Below the pieces are notes generated by a model. It did no database searches, was not told the origin of the DNA, and was given only the letters and a program-made list of their open reading frames with translations. Position numbers and translations under genes: made by a program. A DNA stretch of 63,859 nucleotides, counting the filler, from Basidiobolus ranarum (lineage: Eukaryota), in assembly GCA_040143965.1 (NCBI GenBank). It is 7 parts of 7 records of this genome, joined end to end, with 100 filler letters (N's around TTAATTAATTAA, not from the genome) between each part and the next. Parts side by side here need not be neighbours in the genome. Positions count along the whole stretch, not along the records: positions 1 to 9,054 come from JASJQH010007753.1; positions 9,155 to 18,202 come from JASJQH010007754.1; 5 more parts are not named here. One strand, written 5' to 3'. Shown piece by piece: positions 1 through 16,006 of the stretch; position 1 is the stretch's first letter; each line of letters starts with the position of its first letter.

Positions 1-240
1 TCAAATTCCAAAAGCAAAGGCTACAAGAAGCTATCTGTAAGCAGTGGTGATTTAGGTCCAGCTATGATGGATAGTATCAAAATATTATAACTCTTATGCT
101 GTTCAGAATGAGAAAGATTTAAATTAATTACTTTTATTGGCCAGCAAGCCTTTCTAATGATACATTTGTTTAGCAAGAAACCATCCAGAGCCAATGCCAA
201 AGCATGATCATACATGTTCTCAAAGAAACGTTGACTTTTG
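1..240 (-). mobile_element. CACTA/CMC (Transposase_21-like) transposase fragment, inverted copy of ~1070-1310
   Basis: Translates ALALDGF..CWPIKVINLNL..NILILSIIAGPKSP..SFL, typical of the En/Spm Tnp2 core. Its reverse complement aligns by eye to 1070-1310. Confidence 0.8.
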
Positions 241-309
241 TGTTGGAAAAGAGCTAAGTTTGCAAGTTTATCCAACACATCTCTCAACAAATTAAAGCAC
301 TAGCAAATA

Positions 310-3300
310 AAACTCATGGCTCTCCAACATCAACTGGTACTTTTCAAAGTGTTAGCCACAAACTTAAATGCAAGCAAAAAGCCACAAAAAACCCCACACA
401 GCACCCTCAATAGTGGCACACTACAAGGATGTATAAAATTAGTCAAAGTGCTCAGAGAATATTTCAACAGTACAAAGGGAAAAATGCAGTGCAAGTATGC
501 AGACAGTGGCTTCAGAAGAAAAACACACAACTTGACATTCAGTCTGGTGTTGACCACGCAATTTCTGGAAACAACTTGATAAGGAGTGGCACAATGTTGC
601 AGGATATCAGAAAAATAGCTGGAAGAATGTTGATTCAGCAACATTACTACAATGGTGGGCTTCAATGGAGTTATTGATACAAACTCATATTGTATAGGAG
701 CTAAACCTTAGGTATGAATAACTCTAGAAAATATTTGGGAGAATATATTGAAGAAAGTAGTGATTTTGAAGCTGACAAATAAGCATTACAATGATAAATG
801 CATAACAGTTGAGTTAGACTTTTTGCACATGTGTTGATCCATAGTTCTCCAAGATTGTAGCCAATTATGTAGAACTATTCTGCAAGATCTTGAAATATCA
901 CTCCTGAAACCAAAACATTGATTAAAATCAATTCCAACTTGATAATTTTATGACGGTAAGCAAACAGTCAATCCAAAATAGATTTAAATTTTGTTGGTTT
1001 TCCAAAAAAGTACTCACCATAAAGCTGATGGTATTACCAATATACTTGATGGATACCACTACCAGAATCTGAAAAGTAAAGGTTTCTTTGAGAACATGTA
1101 TGATCATGCATTTGCATTGGCTCTGTATGGTTTCTCACTAAACAAACATACAGTTGGAAAGGCTTGCTGCCCAATGATGTTAATTAACTTAAATCTTCCT
1201 CATTCTGAATGGCATAAAAGTTGAAATATTTTGATACTATCCATCATATCTGGACCTAAATCACCAGTGCTTATAGATAGTTTCATGGAGCCTTTGATGG
1301 CAGAATTTCAATGGTTATCTATTGGGGTTCTGATGGGTTAATATTTTATTAAAGCTAATATCGTTGTATGTATTGGTGACACTCCCACTCTCAGTAAACT
1401 TGGAGTTCTTTGTGCCACAATGCACTATCTTGCTGTAGATTTTGTAAAATCAATGGAGTTTACTATATCAGGCATATGCATTATTGCTATCCAAATACAA
1501 CCCTAAACTCCATGATTTTACCATCAAGAGCCCAGTTGGATTTCAATATGCTTATTGATAGCAATTCACCAAATAGTCAGTCTAACATCAAACTTGGTAT
1601 TAGCCATAAGCCTGAGAGTATATTGTTAAAGGGGATTGGGTGGAGCCAGAGCTTCCTATTAGTCTCTATGCACCTTCTTTTCTACAATATTCCAATACTA
1701 CTTACTCAGCTATATAGCGGAAAATTTATTTTGAATCAGCCATTTGAGATAGGATCAAAGTTTGAATCAATTGGGAAAATGCTTGAAAACATCAAGATAC
1801 AAACATATCATACCAGGACTTGCATCAATAATCACTCATCTAGATGTTTATTGGAATGCAAAAACTGGAAGTATTGGATATGTGTTTATTTAAGTGTAAT
1901 CTTGAAAAGATTTCTGCCTGATAGGTATTGGCTACATTGGGAGTTATTTGTGGATATTGTTATTATATTCTTATGGCATCAACTTACATTGGCAGATCTG
2001 AGGCAGAAACAGTGATTGGGCAAAGATTTTGTAATTGGATATGTAAAACTTTATTTCAGGTTTAAAGAAGATAGACTGAATCTATGCTGGTATTCATTAA
2101 ATTCCCTGCTGCATCTTTCACAATGCTTACAGATTATAGGCCCTTGCTATACATCTTGAAGTTCTCAATGAAGTGCAACAGCAGTGAAATGATGCTCTGT
2201 GTTAAATTGTCAGTATTACCATATGCTAATCTGATTAACATTGTACCAGCAAAATTGGTGATGGATGTAATGCAATGGGTTAAGGAGACTCCATAGTATA
2301 TTAACCTTCCAACAAAGGGCTCATTTCAATGTGGTCATGGGTTTTTGCATTGTTTGAGCATGATACCTGCAACAAAACCTAGTCCATGGACAGAGTAAGT
2401 ACTTCTATAATTTGCACTAATTTGTTTTTGTGATATTCTGACAGTATTTCTAGGAAAGCTGCAAGACAAACTTTTTGGTGAGATAGATCAAGATATGAAG
2501 TTTTATCATTTTAGCCATGTAGGAATTTATTCAAGCAATGATACATCTACTTGTGATAGGACCTTTGTTGTCTGCTAGTTGGGGATGTTTTGGCAGAACT
2601 CTTTATGGAAATTTGCCAAAATCCAAGAGCTTATTCCCATTATGAATGGTAACAAAAGTCAGCTATTTGCCAAGTGTCAGAGCTATTCAAAATTTCAGAT
2701 GTTTAGCAATTTTTCAACTGTTAGTTTGCGGGTAAGGAATATTGATGATGTTGAGTTATGTCTGATCAGTCAAGTATGCACATATGTAGAGACTAAATAC
2801 AACAGGATTCTTGTATTTTTTGATTTTCATTATGGCTGTAATACAAAGCCCAAAGTATCTAAAAAAAGGTATGCATATTGATTCAAATTCCCACAGCAGT
2901 AAACCCAGTAATTAACATTCAAAAATTGCCAGAAATCAAATATTGCATGCCAAATTTGAGGATCAATATTTTAACATGTATAAATACTGTCAGGATACCA
3001 TTAAGAAGCTGCCATCTCACCATCAAGATCCCTGGCAGAATGCAAGCCACCAATATTGTGATGGGTCTGACAGTTTTGCAATTCAGAAGGATGGATCTAT
3101 CCATATCAAATCAATTTTATTTCTTTTAGGGCATAGGGGTGTTGACTTAAATATTCAGAAGAAAGCTTGATCTTATTGAATATCTCCAGCAAAGCTGAAT
3201 TATTTAAGAGTTATTGATAGGAGATAAATTCTTCACTCTATCTCTGAAGGGTAAAAACACACTATTAAATGTCATTAGCTTTAAGACTTTATGAGATGCA

Positions 3301-3500
3301 ATTATTTCTGATGACAGAATGATCAAGAATCTTCAACACTACAAGGGTAGATATAACTCTGGTGATTTCTCTAACTTGAAGTCTGAAGAAAAAGGTATAG
3401 TTCTTTAAGATTGGCAAAGACTTTGATTAACAGTGAAGCTTTTCTATGGCTCTGAAGTGAAGACAACTATGAAAGAATCTGAACTGCAATCTTCAATAGT
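310..3500 (+). mobile_element. Degenerate CACTA/CMC DNA transposon (transposase pseudogene ~990-2900, then a second decayed ORF region)
   Basis: Motifs LYGF..PMMLINLNLP..GPKSP..SFMEPL, GDTP..CHNALSCCRFC, SMHLLFYN, NWKYWI..LPDRYWLHW and SLLHLSQC..GP, with many stops and frameshifts. Homologous copies lie at 23670-24910 and 27080-27342. Ends not identified. Confidence 0.75.
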
Positions 3501-4836
3501 CAAGCATAGTTAAGTTTCAATAGGAATCTCTATTATCTTACTATGATATAGGGTAGAATATCTAGTTTAAGAAAGGATAAAGAATATGGTGCAGCTTTGG
3601 ATAGCACTAAGGCTAGAAGTTTTTTCACTAAGGGCAAGGGTTGCTTATGTAGAGAAATGTTTGTGAGCATCTTAGGGCCCTGAATTCCTGGGCCCTGAAT
3701 ATATGTTGGTGTTGATTTTTGAGATGGCAATTTTGAAATGGCTGTAGCTCCACCAATAAATGAACAAATCTTATGATTATTCCATGGTTGCAAAGCTCTA
3801 ATTAAGGAGTGTATAATTGGAGTTAAAGTTATTGCACTTAAGCAAGCTTTAATGTGACTATTAGTGACCTGAAACTCTTGTTCCTTCCTTCAGCTACAAC
3901 AATAGTATAAGATAGCAATAGATACTATTCTTCCTGCTTGATACAGGCAAGATATTGTTTGAATATTTCAACACTACAACATACTGCTTTGCACCATCTA
4001 CAACCTCATTTGACTGCACATGCAATATTTTGGAAGTGGTGGTTTCCTATACCAAAACAGGTTGCAAAACAGGAAAAATCTATTTTGACATGATATGAAA
4101 CAACTATACAAATCTATGATGTTTGACTTTATTGGTTTCAGCCAGAATTAGGGATCTTTTTATATTATTGGTTTAAGTGCCAAAGTTAATTTCATATAGT
4201 GTGATCAAGCACAATCAATTCTTCAATGGGCCATTTTGATCTGTACATCTAATAAATTGAACCAGATTAAATTATAATTAAATTTGTCAATGCAATTCAT
4301 TATAAAATTTTCATGCAATTACACACAATTGAAATAAATAGCATTATAAATGCAAACAAATATTTGATTGTACAGAATGGCAGGAATTTTACCATGATAT
4401 TCAAATTTCTCAGATAAATAACTTTTGCAAATCATATTGATATCTATTGTGCCAGCACAATATAAAATTAGTAACATGCCCTTCATCTACTCCAAATGGT
4501 CATTCCTCATTATTCCAAAAGCAACTACTGGCTTTCATGTCACCACTTTGGAAGCTATATTTGAGAAATAATATGGCTCATATACTCTAGTATCTACCAG
4601 AAAGCAGCTTGTTAATTTGCATTGTTGCTACAAAAACCTTTGTCCAATCTTCTTAGTGCACTATTAATGGAGGTAGAAGTGGGAGAAGCTTCCAGACCAG
4701 GCTTCAAGTGATTCAGAATTATCTAGCTTCAGTGATGAATGATGTTAAAAGAGCCTGGGACAAAAGATATACAGACTTTAATTTCCTTCCATTTCCTAGA
4801 GTATTTCCCAAAAAAATGCATATAAGAAGCTTCCTT

Positions 4837-5304
4837 TGTTACAGTATTTGGGAACCTGTTAGAAACGGTTTGGAGAATTTGAGGAATTGGTGGTTTTTCA
4901 TTGTTGATTTATTGAGGAGAAAGTTAACATATATAGTTTTTTCACAAGGTAAGCAAACTAAGATTTAGAATGTGTAAAGCAAGGTCTCAGGAACATGTTT
5001 GCAAAGTTTGGGGCTTCCAGCACAAGTTTGAAAAAATGTATATATCTGAGAACTTCTGAGTTGGTAAAAATATTAAACATATTCCAAGTAAATTCTGATT
5101 GAGAATAATTGATAATATCTGAGGAGATTATAAGATAACTAAGTACTAAGCTATATATGACTATATAGGTGTTCAGGCAATGCTAATTTCAACACTCTCC
5201 CTCAACTAAATAGTCATATAAACTAATCTTAATAAATTTCTCAATTTCTCAAATTTCTGTCTACCTAATGGTTTGGTTAGTATATTTGCAATCATATCTT
5301 CTGT
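4837..5304 (-). mobile_element. 3' end of a Ty1/copia element: RNase H tail, PPT and 3' LTR (family A, 4837-5194)
   Basis: Minus strand reads EDMIANILTKPLGRQKFEK, then PPT TTGAGGGAGAG (5195-5205), then an LTR TGTTGAAATTAG...TAACA. The same LTR occurs at 34419-34766 and 35588-35935. Confidence 0.85.
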
Positions 5305-8180
5305 AAAGAATGTTATGAAGCAAAGAGTCTTGCTAATAGACTCTTTCTCAGAAGAAAATTCTGCGATATAAAGATGGAAAAGTCTGAAAGCATGGTTACT
5401 TGTATTGCAAATGTGAGATCTTTGGCAAAATAACTGGAAAATAGTGGTGCAACTTTACAGGAAGAAGATGACATTATGACTCTTTTAAGTAGTCTACCAG
5501 AACAGTATTCAAACTTGGTCACAGCTTTGGAAGCAAGATCAGACAACTTGTCATTGAAGTTTGTGATGGCAAGGCTAATGGATCAACGCCTCGGAAGTAA
5601 GAATTTGGAAGAAGAATCTGAGGATGTGGCTCTTTTTGGAGCTGGAAAACATAGCTTTGGCAAGTACAAAGGTTACAACAGAAGGAATCCAGGCTTAAGC
5701 TATTGCTATAATAAACCCAGACACCAGTTTAAAGATTGCAAATCAAGAAATTACAACAAAAGTGAGAAGTCAGAGCAAGCAAATCAGGTTTCAAACAAAG
5801 AGGAAGTCTTATTCATTTCTGCCCTATCAGTGACCTGTGAACAAGACTGTAGGTCCTGGTATGTTGACTCTGGAGCCTCTTGACATTGCTCTGATTCAAA
5901 AGTCTGGTTTAAGAAACTCAACACTGACAAAAACAAGAATGTTTATATGAAAGATGCCCAGCCACTAGAAGCACTGGTAGTGGGTGAAATTGAAGTGGCT
6001 CTTGGGGGCATCTCTGGGGACAAGTATTTGACACTGAAAAAAGTGCTATATGTGCCTGGGAGAGCAAAAAACTTGTTATCAATGAGCAAAGCTACATCTG
6101 AGGAATATAGCTTTCATTTTGGTAAAAATGGCTTTACAATCAGGGATCAAAAAGTGAATTATGTAGCCTCTGGAGCTAAGCAAAATAACTTGTATAAGCT
6201 TCATTATATTAGGTCAATATATGAACAAGTTAATACTGCCACAACTGAAGAGATAGACTGGAAAGTCTGGCATAGGAGATAGGGTTATTAAGGAACTGAA
6301 AATATGAGAAAGTTAATCAAAAACAAGATGGTTTTGGGATTAGATTTTGTAGTTCCATTGGATTTGGAGCTATATGAGGGTTGCCTATACAGCAGGCTGC
6401 TCAGACAGCCATTTGGGGGCTCTGGAATGAGCAAAATTGATCAAAAATTGGGCCTGATACACTCAGATCTGTGTAGCCCAATGCAGCAAAAATTGTTAGT
6501 GGAAAAAGGTATTTTATGACCTTTATTGATGATAAGACAAAGTATACTTGGGTGTACTTTCTGGCCGGTAAGGATGAAGCCTTTGATAACCTCAAGAAAT
6601 TCAAAGATGATAAAAGTGTTTAGGGGATTTGGAAGTGTTTTGGACAAGATTTGGATTTGTGAATTAGACACTTAAGTTTTATTGAATTGAATATGTCCTA
6701 TTTATAGTTTACTATAAAATAGGACTATTGGACGTGCTTAGATCATAAAAAACATGCCTGTTAAGCATGGGTAAAAATTTGAGGTGATTTGGAGAAGTTT
6801 TGAGAAAATAGTGAAAATTGGTAAAAGTGATCTAATTGATATTTCTATCAATTAGAGCAATAAACACACGTTTTTGAATGACAGAATTGAGTACTAAATA
6901 ATCAGAATATGAATAAACTAACTACTAAATAATGAGTTTCTATTTACCTAATTTCAACAAAAGCAATGGTGGAGATTGAAACAGGTCTAACAATCAAGAA
7001 TATCTGTACTGATAATGGATGGGAATATATCTCAAAACTCTTTTCTACCTTCTGCTCAACACATGGGATAAAACGGCAGACTACAGTGCCATATTCCCCA
7101 CAGCAGAACGGAGTAGCAGAATTTTCAACCAGGTCAATAATGGAAAAGGTAAGATCAATGCTTCATGATCAAGATTTACCAAAACAGTACTGGGCTGAAT
7201 TGGTTGCAACTGCAATATAAATTAGGAATAGATGTCCTTCAAGGTCTCTATTGGCTAAGACACCTTATAAAACTTGGTTTGGAAGTAAACCTGATGTGGC
7301 TGATCTCAAAGTTTTTGGAAGTACTGCATATGCAATGATTCAAGACCAGAAGAGATCAAAATTAGACTAAAAAAGCCACAAATGTCGTTTTTTGGATATC
7401 ATGATGGGACAAAAGGGTACCAACTGGATGACACTGAAAATAATAATCTAGTCAAGTCAAGGGATGTGGAATTTTCTGAAGAAGAAACAATCCAGGATCT
7501 AGAAAAACAATCAAAAAATGATGAAATTTCTTCTCTCTCTCACCAGATCTTGATCAGTGTGAAAAAAATTGAAAACTCTTCACCTGCAGTCTCCTCAACC
7601 AATCATGAGGTGTTTCATTGACTAAATTGGTACCAGAAGCTGCAGTGCCAATTTCCTATCTTTGGAGATCCATTTAGATGAGATCTCTGCCTGATTACTA
7701 CTCTTACACTAGCCAAAAGGAGCCTGGTGCTAAGTTAGCCTTTTCTGATAAGCCCAGATCAGTACAGGAGGTTATGGAGAGTCCCAACACAAAGTTTTGG
7801 AGTGCTGCAATGGCAAAGGAGCATCAGTCACTCATAGATAACCAAACATGGACATTGGTTAAGATACCTGATGACCAAAAATGAATTAGATGCAAATGGA
7901 TGTTTAAAGTTAAACAGCAAGCTGATGGATCTGTAGAAAGATAAAAAGCCAGACTTGTGCCTTAAGGACACTCTCAAATGCAAGGAGTGGACTACAATGA
8001 AACATTTGCTCCTGTAGCAAAGTTTATTTCCATCAGAACCATACTAGCAGTAGCAGCTAAACACAGCTCAAAAGTCCATCAAATGGAGGTTAAAAATGCT
8101 CTTTTGAATGGGGACTTGTAAGAGGATATAATCATGGATCAACTGAAACGGTTTTGTGGATCCTGAGTACCCTGATGATG
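5305..8180 (+). mobile_element. Degenerate Ty1/copia gag-pol (gag, protease, integrase, 5' RT), interrupted by a solo LTR and truncated at ~8181
   Basis: Motifs LLSSLPEQYSNLVTALE (gag), WYVDSGAS (protease), WHRR, LIHSDLCSP, TDNGWEY, PYSPQQNGVAE (integrase), and NQTWTLV, GVDYNETFAPV, HQMEVKNA (RT). Integrase precedes RT, as in copia. Confidence 0.92.
6608..6959 (-). mobile_element. Solo LTR (family B) inserted in copia integrase
   Basis: TG...CA ends, flanked by AAAGA/AAAGC (5-bp TSD, one mismatch). Removing it restores KKFKAMVE. Homologous to 18914-19235 and 23315-23665. Confidence 0.85.
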
Positions 8181-8181
8181 T

Positions 8182-9054
8182 TGTAGTGGGGCAGCATTGC
8201 TACCCACTGGCAGGTTGACTTATTTCCACTCTAAGCTCATATGATTACTATTGCAAAGTTTCCATTTTATTATCCATATTGGACTTACACATATTTTCTA
8301 GCCAATGACATTACATCATTAGTATTATCCCCTATTATTTCAAATTTATCAGTGTTAACCCACATTAGCCCTATTATTTTCTGTAAATTTAACAATCTTC
8401 CGGAACATTCCACAAAATTCTTGGAATATTTGCTGATTGATTGAATTTTGACCAATCAAAGCTTGATTCTGCCAGAACATTCCATGACTTTCTGGATTCC
8501 TCAACAATCTTCTGGAACATTCCGTGGATTACTAATCTTATAATTTATGATGATATCATAACCCCAAACACCCACCAATGGAATTCTCTGGAACTTTACG
8601 GAAATTCTCATTAGTAATCATTTCTACCTTCAGAAAAGTATAAATAGGATCCGTATCTTTTCAAATAAAAATTATCCTGTTTTTGAACTAACAATTACTA
8701 CTTATGATCACCCCTTATTTTCATCACCACTTACAAGACCTTTGAAGAGGAAGCTCAAGAGAGACTACTAGAGGCAGGTACAGGCTACTGCATGACTAGA
8801 AAGGACTTGACTGGCTCAAAAGAAGTACTGACTGGTAGGTGTTATATTTCTGATACTTTACATTTTTTCCCTAGCTTTGTCTGCATAGGCAAGGAACTTT
8901 TCATATCCTTGGATAGATCACTACTGGTGCATCCTCATTCAAAACCCTGCTGGCTGAGTTTACAGTTGTTTTTGATTGGATATACCATTTTTATCTGATC
9001 ATTCTCAAAGGCCATTGAAGCCAGTATATTCTTTTGTCCGGTGCCTGCATTTTA
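8182..9054 (+). mobile_element. Probable LTR of another retroelement inserted into the copia RT (runs off scaffold end)
   Basis: The RT frame stops abruptly at TGTAGTGGGG. Internal TTCnnGAAnnTTC repeats and TATAAATA at 8639. No ORF. Confidence 0.55.
8397..8646 (+). promoter_or_regulatory. Cluster of heat-shock-element-like nGAAn arrays plus TATA box
   Basis: TTCcgGAAcaTTC (8398-8410), GAAcaTTC (8475-8482), TTCtgGAAcaTTC (8510-8522), TATAAATA (8639-8646). Confidence 0.55.
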
Positions 9055-9154
9055 NNNNNNNNNNNNNNNNNNNNNNNNNNNNNNNNNNNNNNNNNNNNTT
9101 AATTAATTAANNNNNNNNNNNNNNNNNNNNNNNNNNNNNNNNNNNNNNNNNNNN
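9055..9154. other. Artificial scaffold linker
   Basis: N44-TTAATTAATTAA-N44 (stop codons in all six frames). Confidence 0.98.
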
Positions 9155-12073
<2,919 letters not shown>

Positions 12074-15000
12074 GTTGAGAGAATATAATTGGCTATGCAA
12101 AGAAGTTTTAATTACTTGAGGTATTTGTAGATAAAACCCAGAGCGTATCTCCTTACACGGTTATTAATATACGTGGTTATCTGGTAGTATTCCAGGGAAT
12201 TGCAGGAGAATATCGTACTTTTTAATGAAGAATCCCAGCTATCAAAACGAATGATACTTCGGACGACAGAATTTAAAATCCATAAACCGCACCACTTGAT
12301 TCAAAATATCACTCAAATAAAGCACAGTGAGGTAGTATAGTAAAATGAATGGCAATACTATGACACAGGAAAGAACTGGATAATACACTTTCGACTAAAA
12401 TCTGTGAAAGTAATAAATAGATAAGGGAACCATAAGCAAAGGGTAAAGAGTGTGCAAGTAAGATATATTACCAGGGCTTTTAATGTTCTGCCCCGTGCTA
12501 CATACAGATTACCACAAACAAACAAGTTTGGATCCAAGTAAAAAATGAAAAGTCGAGATTTGATGTAATTACACACTGATACCTGTAACTATCGATACCA
12601 CCTATCTATCCATATATTTTGTTTACCAAAATACAATGAAGCTATTATGTCTCACTAATTCAAATACAAACAGACACTGAATTCATGAGCATACAAACAA
12701 TTTAAAATGACATGATTGGTATGTAGTCACGAGACTAATTTCGGACTGTTTGAGTCATTAAGCTAATCATTAAAAGCAACGCTTATTTTTCTGCTCAAGT
12801 AATTTATCTTGAAATACATCCTGGCAGTATCCATTTGAGTTCTGAACAAGCAGAGAAGCTAGGGTTAGGATTAAAATACGACCTGTTTCTTGGAGGTAAG
12901 AGAAAAGGCTTGGAATACTTAACTTACCCTCAAAGTATGTAAAGCCATTAAGCAACTGCCATTAACACTTAAGCATCATCTTTCGAGTACTATTTTCGAA
13001 AGCCATTAGACTATACATGCCGGATATGTAGGCTGAAAGTAGGGAGTGATCATTTAATCCAAGATATATCATGATTGAACCTTGCTTATCAGTATTTGTT
13101 TCCAAGCTACATATAAGTAACTTACCCATGTACATACATCCGACAATCCAGAGTGCATATTGTGAGGCGAACAAGAACCAGATCACAGAAATAGTATTGT
13201 GCTTTCATTCTCCAGAATCTGATAATCCTTTAGTGTGTCGTTTTGATTCTTCATGATTGACTGACGGTATCACCTGAGAGCAATTTGACTCGTATTCTCT
13301 CCAACGTTTGTACAATATGGTGTAACTAGCCCTTATATCACACAATGCACTCAACCGAAGCAGCGAGATTCCTGTACACAATGAATGTCGTTAAGAAGTG
13401 GAAATGCACGGTTGCAATCAGCTCTACACAACGTTTTTAGGTTCAATGCTCTTTTATCTTGCTAGCACTTCTCGCCACAATTGATTCTGATAAAATGGCT
13501 AGATTGGGTCAGAAATAAGCGATCATATTGAAATGTTCTGTCTATACGAATTCAAGTATGGTCAAAGACCAATAAACAATAATAGGGATTCCTCAGCATG
13601 CACAGTAATAGTTCCTTCATGAAATGGAATGAAGAGTCTAGATCATCAGGATTGGCCACGTAATGCCACATAATGAACAAATACTTGCCCACGCTAAAAT
13701 CGTATCAGCATGACCTACAATGGAACCATATATAGAAAGCCCATCAAGTTGTGCAACTCAGGTTGTCTTATCACACCATGCAAACATGGAATAACTTAAT
13801 ATTCTGAGGGAACTCGCATGCTACAGTATCACAATATACTGCAGTGAATGACAACAAGAAGCCCTTGTACCAGCTATTTGGGGCGATGCTCTGGCAAAAC
13901 TTCGAATAAGCGCGATGCTTGGGCTACTGATTTGCTGAGAGCATTATGATAGTGCCGCCAACCATTGTTCGTACTGAAATGAGCGTAAATCATGTATTTC
14001 CTAGAATGGACTACGAATAAATGCATACATAATATCAGACTGGTGAGTTCCGCATGTAAATACCGTCTCCGTTTTCTTTCCGCCAATTCCATGTGGGTTT
14101 AGCTACTTAATCCAAAACCATAGCTTATATTAATAGCAACTATTAATTAATACTACTATGAAACCCAGTCCGGAATTGCTCACTCTGTGTGTAACGCTTG
14201 ATATTTTCAATGGAGGATTGGTAATATACTGGCCGCAGCATATGTAAACCTTCTGCAATCAGCAATGCTCTCTAAATCACTAAACTTCAGCAATCTAAAC
14301 TAGGTTTCAAGAATCCTTAAAGCATTCTTAACTATAAAACCATCGGCCTTGAAGGCCAGCGCCGCAGCTCTGAGCAACCGGGGAAAGCGTGGTGATTCAT
14401 GTGCGATAGCGAAGTAGAATAGCACCCCCAAATCCCAAAATACTTCTTGCTCGAAACCAGATGGGATGTTGAAGCCAATTATGTACTAGACCATTGAGCA
14501 TATATATTGGATGCTCGAATGACTATTTCTCGAATCTAGATAAACCTACATATTTGGAACTGTATTAATGGCCACGATGCCGATAATAAATCATCGGAAT
14601 CTCTATTTTGCACCCCATCCATCAACCAATGCATCGCTCACCCAATGAATGTCCCGTCAGGCTGAGAACACGGTGATGGTGTCACCATGAATGTGACAGC
14701 ATGGTTCCAGTCACTACAAAAACAGTGTCACACACTATAATCATCTGACCAATATGGAGCTTTATTCAACTAGCCACTGCAAGTTCGGATATGCCATTTT
14801 AACTCTTAGTAGGCACCTGTATGTGAGGAACGGTGTTTCAATTTCCTTTGTATCACGTTTCAAGAGATTATATGCATGCCATATCTATAACACTCTTAAT
14901 ATTCCAACCTAAAGCTGCCTATTTTTTCACCAAGTCTCACAAAGAAAAGAGGCCTCTAATAGACTGGCAGCTACTGCCGGCAGGAGTGCGAAGCAGTTGG

Positions 15001-16006
15001 GATCGACTTGCCGCTCAATTCCGAGATGCGACGAATCATGCCCATTTAGTTTGCACCACACTCTGGGTTGTCGGCGGACAAGTTGAATTCGAGTGTCTGG
15101 GGAGACGGATAAATCGTCGGCATACCTGAAATAACCATATCCAAAATCTCTGGATATCTGCCTGCAAATGAATCATTATCTCAAATACGCTTTAGTAATA
15201 TCTCATTTCCCCACTGCATTTCACTAATTTCTGAGCTATGAAAAGCAGTGCCTGTAATGATCATATAATCATTCAAGTATTACCTACGACATTGTACAAG
15301 TTGACATTATTACCTCTCTAAATCTAGCGACAGGCAACTAATTTGTTTTCCTTTTGGAGTAAGGATGATTTTGGCTCGTCCAATCAGCATAAATGATTAT
15401 GAAATCTTATTGAAAATCTTGTTTTACACCAAACTTGATCGCTAAATTGTCATAGGCAGAGAGTGAAGGAGCCAACTGAACGGATACACAGATAAAATTT
15501 TACGAGCAAGATGTGCAGAGTGATCATTAATGGAGCTAAATTTTGATCCTGTAGGGAAACACACCCACAAAAGTGTACTCTGGGTTTCTTTTCTCATACA
15601 AAGATCCGGTTTTTGATCTGTCGTGTTACCTTCCAAACTGATATGACGAAGTTTTTTCTCAAGCGAGCTATCAAGTTTGCTTTACTTTTATATACAATGG
15701 AAGTTCATCCTGTCCGTTCCCTTTTGTTTAACATCCTTTCCATACATCCTTCCGCTACCGCATCCACCTCTTCACACCTACTTTGTAGTATAACCTTTAA
15801 TCTTCTAATACCGTTGAAATTATTATATTCGCTCGACGCGGACTCTACCCACCAACTGAATAGGTAAATCGATCTTTGATTTCTATCTCGCTGCTGCTAC
15901 AGCCCTTTCCATATTGTACCCTACCTTCTTCTGCTCTCTTGCCTCACCTCCCTTCTCGAGTACAGTATATTGACCCCATTGTTGCTATATAGATTACTTT
16001 GTAAAA

